Part shown: positions 54,664 to 64,000 of the stretch, piece after piece
Layout: every line of letters starts with the position of its first letter
Numbering within the stretch: position 1 is the first letter of the stretch
Assembly (NCBI GenBank): GCA_964016885.1
Contig: OZ024740.1
Location: 382,912,001 to 382,976,000 of the forward strand
Origin: Eledone cirrhosa
Taxonomy: Eukaryota
DNA length: 64,000 bases
Direction: 5' to 3'
Program-made: the position numbers and the translations under genes
The notes under the pieces: generated by a model
The model's input: the letters and a program-made list of their open reading frames with translations, nothing else
The model's database searches: none
Told to the model about the DNA's origin: nothing

Positions 54664-54726
54664 ATTTTATCTGATGAAAGCGCACCAAGATTGGCTTGGT
54701 AGCCCTTGAAATATATATGATAAAAT
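54664..54726 (+). ncRNA. Minimal hammerhead ribozyme, family J (G at the cleavage position, probably inactive)
   Basis: AUUUUAU CUGAUGA AAG.GC ACCAAG AUUGG CUUGGU AGC.CUU GAAA UAUAUA UG AUAAAAU. Confidence 0.7.
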
Positions 54727-54767
54727 AATTATGGTTTTATAAATATAGTTTCCACTTATTAATATAT

Positions 54768-54842
<75 letters not shown>

Positions 54843-55091
54843 TTATATATATATATATGTTCGGTATGTATCGGCCATGTCTAACCTAACAACACCAACT
54901 GACGGAGTCTTTCAAATCAGTATTTGTACACCATGGCCCACTCAAATAAAGAGTTATTTTTTACGGAGACATATACTTGTTCAGGAGGTATATCTGGGAT
55001 TTCTTGGAGGAGTTTTACCAAAGACGTTTGGAATGTTCTTTATCTGTTTCTGTTTGAATTTATTTTGGTGTAATGTTAAAGAGAGCGTGAT

Positions 55092-57502
<2,411 letters not shown>

Positions 57503-57689
57503 TATATAATTTAATACATTAACAGAGAAAGCTTTAAGCAATATTCCCACCGGCTCCTTCTCACTCAACAAACATTAGGATATAACTTAGTATGATCCCA
57601 ATTATACGTTTGGGGTGCTAACTATAAGTATTTTGCGGATAGCCAGTTGTATTATTTTATATGAGACATAATTAAAATACATCTCTCTT

Positions 57690-57812
57690 TCCAAACGATC
57701 GTTTCATTATAAGTTTTCTACAAATTGGGAAAATAATGTCCAGGTTATGTAGAAGCCTGACACATAGTCCGTAGGAATATATGTAGGTGGCCATTTGTAA
57801 ATCATCAGTGGA
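57690..57812 (-). ncRNA. Type I hammerhead ribozyme, family E, with ~95-nt stem II domain
   Basis: UCCA CUGAUGA UUUACAA...UUAUAAU GAAAC GAUC GUU UGGA. Confidence 0.75.
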
Positions 57813-58411
57813 TGCCCGACAAATATCGATAAAAAAATCCTTACCGATATTAATGTTCAGCGATGGTACCTCTCCGTGCCAGAATGACCGCCAAATTTGA
57901 AATCCCAGCAGTCTCACAATGAGAAATCTCAAACTGCCATCAAGCGGAAAGGGGAGGTCATCGCAAAACATTAAAAAAATAAAATAATATGCACGCGGGT
58001 CAATTCATTCTTTCAATAATTTTAACCATGCGTAAAGAACTCAATTGGATATAAAAAAAATAAATATATGCATGTATCATTTATACACACATATAGGTAT
58101 TTTCTTAGGCTAAACACAGAGATAAGATACCGGAAGTACAATCAATATTTCATACAAAGAATAAATACGGAAAGTCATACCTAAAAAGTATCTGGAAATA
58201 TTCATCCCTGGCCAAATCAAGAGTATAATATTTAATACATTAACAGAGAAAGCTTTAAGCAATACTCCGACCGGCTTCCGTCTCACTCAACAAACATTAG
58301 GATATAACTTAGTATAATCCCAATTATACGTTTGGGGTGCTAACTATACGTATTTTGCGGATAGCCAGTTGTATTATTTTATATGAGACATAATTAAAAT
58401 ACATCTCTCTT

Positions 58412-58534
58412 TCCAAACGATCGTTTCATTATAAGTTTTCTACACATTGGGAAAATAATGCCCAGGTTATGTAGAAGCCTTACACATAGTCCGTAGGATT
58501 ATATGTAGGTGGGCCCTTATGAATCATCAGTGGA
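58412..58534 (-). ncRNA. Type I hammerhead ribozyme, family E, second unit
   Basis: UCCA CUGAUGA UUCAUAAG...CUUAUAAU GAAAC GAUC GUU UGGA. Confidence 0.78.
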
Positions 58535-58872
58535 TGCCCGACAAATATCGATAAAAAAAACCTTACAGATATTAATGTTCAGCGATGCTACCCCTCCGTG
58601 CCAGAATGACCGCCAAATTTGAAATTCCAGCAGTCTCACAATGAGAAATCTCACACTGCCATCAAGAGAAAAGGGGAGGTCATTGCAAAAAATAAAAAAA
58701 TAAAATAATAGGCACGTGGATCAATTAATTCTTTCAATAATTTTAACCATGCGTGAAGAACTCAATTGGATATAAAATAATAAATATATGCATGTATTAT
58801 TTATACACGCATATAGGTATTTTCTTAGGCTAAAAACAGAGATAAGATATACATATATATAAATATATATAA

Positions 58873-58954
<82 letters not shown>

Positions 58955-59358
58955 TGTTATACTTTGGGAGGGTCATGTTGCCAATAAGAAACACACGCAC
59001 CCAGTGCTTTCACTTCAATTTATTATAATAAATTTAGGAATTTATAAATTTATAAATTTCTCGTTGGTTGTTTGGTTCCACAACCAGATAGTTGTTTATA
59101 TATTGTCAAAGTTCTTTTGTCACACATTCTGTGACCTCTTCAGTGACTGGGGATTCTTTTCTTTGTTTTTGTGCCTCTCCTTTGTTCTGTCCTGCGCCAT
59201 TTTGTATCTGTGTGTGTGTTGTGTGCTCAGTCTGCGCATGCGCCACATCCGGGTGTCTGTGTGTGTTTATATTCGTTTATTTATTTGTTTATTTACATGT
59301 TACCGGTTGGTTGTTTGTTCTATGTGCGTGTGTGTTTTCATTCAGAAGCGAAATATAT

Positions 59359-59478
<120 letters not shown>

Positions 59479-59914
59479 TAAAAAGAACAGAAAGAACAAC
59501 AAAAACAACGCGGAGAGGCAGTATAAAGTGTTAATATTAGGTTCACGCTTGAGAGTGAGGGGGGGGGGGGCGTTTCGAGCATAAGCCTTTCATCAGGGGA
59601 AATTTGGGCAGGAAAAGAGTTCCGAGGTGTGAGGGGGAGTGTGGAAAGACATTAAAAGGGGGGTTTAGAGGGGAAAAAAAATTAAATGAAACAAGGGGTG
59701 AAAGAGTGTGAGGCGTGTAAGGGTAGAGGGGGGAGATTTGACAGGGGGTCCGAGCGGGGAGTGCGGAAGGTGGAATACGTGTGTATGTGTAGGTGTACGT
59801 GTGTGTGTGTGTGGATGTGAATGTGAATAATTTCAAACCTACTCGCTGTTTCGAAAATATTCTTACTTGACATTACAGTCGCTAAGTTTATAGCTTCTAA
59901 TTTGAATGGAAAAA

Positions 59915-59990
59915 GACAGGTGTTGGTGTAAATGGTAACACAGTGGTCCGGATAACCAAAGATGTGAGTTCAACTCCCATGTACGTCAAT
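59915..59990 (+). other. tRNA-like Pol III A/B-box segment within a 265-bp directly repeated unit
   Basis: TGGTGTAAATGGTA...GAGTTCAACTCCC; flanked by ~36-bp direct repeats at ~59827 and ~60092. Confidence 0.5.
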
Positions 59991-60275
59991 ATTCATCTTT
60001 TTCCATTTCTCCGAGGGTTCTTAACCCCACTATCAGGCTAAATAATTTCTTTAATATCTTTAGTCAATATACGGCGATAGCTTACATTTCTAATAATTTC
60101 AAACCCACTCGCTGTTTCGAAAATATTTTTCCATTATATATATATATACCTATATAACAATAATAATAAAAAGGCTGAGGTGTTAAATCTCCATTACATT
60201 TATTGAAGTGAGACGCGCATTTCACGATTGTTCAACTCAAATTTCGTATAGGAAAATCTGCTTCGTATAATCGAG

Positions 60276-60368
60276 ACGTATCCGAGGACCGCGCGATTTC
60301 AGAGTCAGGTTTGATCACCACATCGATCATGCCTCGAGCTGGTCGCCTGAGAAACAATTGTAATATGT
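60276..60368 (+). ncRNA. Hammerhead-like motif, family K, long stem II, CCGAGGA core variant
   Basis: ACGUAU CCGAGGA ...GCGA...UCGC... GAAAC AAUU GUA AUAUGU; followed by CATCGAGTGCT and (TA)n. Confidence 0.6.
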
Positions 60369-60610
60369 CCAATAAATTCCTTTCGTCGCAATACTGATTC
60401 TCTCTTTTCTGTGATATGAGGGCATCGAGTGCTCATACGGCCTACCGTATACGGACGCTTTAAGCATCCAACACCAATTATATATATAAATATATATATA
60501 TATATATACAGATATATAATGATGTTTTACAAAGAGAGGTGGGTGAATTGGTAACGAAATAGACATACTCTAAATCGATCTCTTTCGGGATAGACAACGC
60601 ACACACACAG

Positions 60611-60676
<66 letters not shown>

Positions 60677-61742
60677 TTGTTTGTGCGCATATGCACAACT
60701 TGAACGGAATTAACAAACCAATATTAATAAAAAGTATAGTGCAATGGAGAAATATATGAGTTTAACGCTTGATAAATCGGCAAAGCGTATCAATTTTTTA
60801 GTCTCTCGTCCTTCATCGGAATTCAGAATGAGAAATAAAAGTTAAAAGAGAAAGATAGACAATGAGAAGAGGAATGAATGGAATACATTTTGGGTGAGAA
60901 AAAGCGCTTGTGGTTTCTGTCAGCCATAAATCGTTTATTTCCCCTCTTAAATGATGTTAAAATAAACTGTATTTCTTTTACATAATCAGTTTATGTGTAT
61001 GGAACACGGGGATAACCAGAGGCTTTCTGTAATGAAATTCCTCTACTTGTTTTGACTCAATGATTTAGCTGACAATCAGAAACATAATAAATAGGCTCAG
61101 GAGTTAATACTTCTTTATTTATATTTTTGCGGAAAAAAATAAAATGTATAATGTATTAGCAACAGAGAGAGATAAATGGCTTGTGTTTGTACGGAAGATG
61201 TTGAATGACTGAAACCTAGGGTGAGAAATAAAAAGAGGGGAGGTGAGAGGTTCTTATTGTTATTTTCCTTCAGTTGAAACTAGTTCAGTAAACACTTATC
61301 AAAGTTATTCCATCTATAGCCATTTCACTGTTATCTTTAGGATAAATTAACTAATTTGAGGGAGGTTTTGGTTACTATCTCTGAATGATTTAATGACTAC
61401 ATAGCAACACCCACGTCATGGGAGAAAGAAAATGAATAAGCTCATGTATGGTAATGAGAGATGTTTGATGAATAAGAGAGAAAGTGATAAAAGCGAGCTT
61501 GGGTATGGGGAAGTAATACGGATAAGAGAGGGCGATGAGAGATAGTGAGAGAGGGAGGGGATAGGAACACAAATATTGTTTGTATCTCTGTATGTGTCAC
61601 GGTGGAAAGAAGTGCGTCTCGTGGAAACAATTTGTAAAAGAGGTAGTATTAATCCTATTAGTAGTGTTTAACATAGAGTAGTAGTAGTAATTGCACCAAC
61701 AGTAGTATTTGTAGGCGGAGAAGGTGTCAATGTGTAGGAGTT

Positions 61743-61872
61743 AAAATAATTGTTTCTACTTTAGGCAAAAGGCCAGCAATTAACCAGTGCATTACTGGTA
61801 CTTTATTTTATCGACCCCGTAAGGATGAAAGGCAAAGTCAACCTCGGTGGGATTTGAACTCAGATCGTAAAG
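61743..61872 (-). mobile_element. tRNA-derived SINE fragment
   Basis: tttattttatcgaccccgtaaggatgaaaggcaaagtcaacctcggtgggatttgaactcag. Confidence 0.85.
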
Positions 61873-62779
61873 TAGGAGTTAAATTATTAAACGACTCTAT
61901 AACGTGAGTGAGTGAGAGGAAAGAGAAACACAAATATTAAAAAAGAATAAATACTTTGAATGGATGTGTTTTTGTGTACATCAGCGTGCGTACATGTTTT
62001 CATTGATGTATATGTATGCACGCTTATTTGTGGTTGTGTGTTCGTATATACCAGTGAGCAAATGTATATATGTGCTAGTGTGAACGTATCTTTTTTTTCT
62101 TTCAGTTTGTTTGTAGATTTCTGAATTGGAGTTTGTGTATGCGAATTAGTTGATGCATCTGTGTATTGGCTTCGTGTGTGAAAATAATTTAATGAGAGAG
62201 GGGAAAGAGAGAATATAAAAAAGCAACCCGGAAATGGGATGAGGGTAGGTTGAAAAAAGCAGTGTGTTTTCAAAGCATGCGATGTCACAAAAGAAGTAGG
62301 AGTTACAATAGAGAATTTAAAAGAAAATAAAGAGAAAGAAAAGCTGAAACACAAAAAAAAACAAAAAAAAAACTTATTGGGTGATGAGTTAGTGGGGGCT
62401 GGGGTGATAAAAAGGAACAGGAGTGAGGTAGAAGTATAATGTTGAAGTAGTTCTTAGCCTAACCCAGTAGGAAGGGAGGTGTAAACAAATGTTGAAGATA
62501 GCTGAAGTTGAGATGAGTGGGTGAGAATGAATTAACAGAACGTGTATAGAAAGACAGTCGTAGAAGATTGACGTTGATGAAGTAGTTTGAAAAAGAGTCG
62601 GGGAGAGAGGTACAAAGAAATAGAGGGAGCGTGGAAGACAGACACAATTCGTGAACTACTCAATGATAAATAACACGCACTTATTTGTATTTTAAATTGA
62701 CATTAAAATGTTTTTCCTAGACCGAAAAACCGCCCTGCTCTTCTCTCTCGTTCGTACACAGATACATATTCACACACGC

Positions 62780-62782
<3 letters not shown>

Positions 62783-62834
<52 letters not shown>

Positions 62835-62843
62835 CACACACAC

Positions 62844-62923
<80 letters not shown>
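62783..62923. repeat. (CA)n microsatellite
   Basis: Direct reading. Confidence 0.97.
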
Positions 62924-62929
<6 letters not shown>

Positions 62930-63214
62930 GTGTATATATATGTATATATATATAATTAAATCTTAGACAGGAACAAAAACAGAGAGGCAGTACAAATATG
63001 AGTTTATTAGGTTCACGCTTGTGAGAGTGGGGGAGGGTGGCGTGGAAGTTGACGGGACTAGCATGAGTTAATATGAATAATATACTCTGCTTTTGTGTGG
63101 AGCACGTATTCTTTGATATATTTCCTATAGAGGTAAAATTTGTCAGCACCAACATGTAGAGCCACAATTATAGCTATATTTATACTTGGATGCCAAATAT
63201 AAAGAAGGACAAAT

Positions 63215-63370
63215 TTGATTAAATCAACCCAACTACTTGTCCATCACATTATTACATAGACACCGGAAGAATGAAAGGCAAGACATTGGTGTTATTTTGA
63301 ACTCAGGACGTAATTAGCCAGAACAAATACAGCAATTGCAATTCATCCAAAACTCTTTCAATCTACCACC
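63215..63370 (-). mobile_element. Degenerate tRNA-derived SINE
   Basis: ccggaagaatgaaaggcaag...ttttgaactcaggacgta. Confidence 0.6.
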
Positions 63371-64000
63371 CTTTAATTAATTAACATTAATGAAGAGCAG
63401 GGTAGTTGTGATCATTAGAAATACAGTAACAAGGCTGAACATGTTTTAGTGTTATTGGTATTCCTCATATGTGTCTTCATACAGAAAATTTCCATGTAAT
63501 TTCTAATCATTCTAAGATCTGCAATAACAGCTGGGCGACTACAATAAAATCTCAACATATCCTCAATTTTCCACTTAATGCTGACTTTCCACTACATTGT
63601 ATTTTACTATTGTATTTTACTTCTGTGTTCGATTCCTGGTCCTTCTTCTTTTTATCAGAAGTAGAAATCCCGAAATTTAAAATAATTATAATTTCTTATG
63701 TATGGCATGTATGGTAGCGAATGAAAGGCGCCCGTGTGTATTTTCCGTGTAGTATTAGTTTAAGTTTGTATAATGGGAAAGATACTGTCATTGCTACAAT
63801 CATCAGTTCTGCTAAAGCTGATAATAATCATGGAAAATTGAGGAATGTAACTAATGCGTCAATCTAAAAAGTTATAAATGGCAGAAATTCTGAGAAAACA
63901 ATATAAACTATACGAAATAATACAAAACTTGAGAAACAATAGCAGCTACATCAATGGCAAGAGAACGTACACTCAGTAACACTTACACACGCACTCTGTC

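Larger units (their letters stand above)
57507..58850 (-). mobile_element. Retrozyme-like tandem, family E: ~1.9 copies of a ~722-bp non-coding unit
   Basis: 57511 repeats at 58232; one HHR per unit; (TA)n on both sides. Confidence 0.9.

Noticed and set aside
57672-57971. 99-aa ORF in the family E unit
   Set aside because: The second unit has a stop in this frame; no recognisable domain.
59915-59990. Functional tRNA gene
   Set aside because: A/B boxes present, but I could not form a full cloverleaf with an acceptor stem.

Overview
AT-rich eukaryotic DNA dominated by (TA)n/(TG)n/(GA)n microsatellites and transposon-derived sequence. It is probably an octopus or other cephalopod genome, inferred from recalled resemblance of the tRNA-derived SINE. 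No host protein-coding exon was recognised. The contents are: (1) the 5' half of an apparently intact CR1-group LINE, whose ORF1 has a Myb/SANT-like N-terminus, polyQ and two CCCH fingers, and whose AUG-less ORF2 endonuclease overlaps ORF1 in the -1 frame over two slippery heptamers; (2) a nearly full-length Penelope-like element (PLE) with a tandem pseudo-LTR and a 1.9 kb inverted copy; (3) relics of Tx1, RTE, CR1, mariner, a Helitron and SINEs. The main hidden signal is about 20 type I hammerhead ribozyme (HHR) motifs from about 10 sequence families, mostly of the minimal type with a palindromic stem III. They sit in short non-coding modules next to (TA)n tracts, arranged as head-to-head inverted pairs or as partial tandem units of 305, 431 and 722 bp (retrozyme-like). 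Unrelated families share a downstream YRTYGAGTRCT motif, an upstream ATGCAAAT octamer at nearly fixed spacing, and a C.C mismatch in stem II. All coordinates and folds were read by eye and need computational confirmation.
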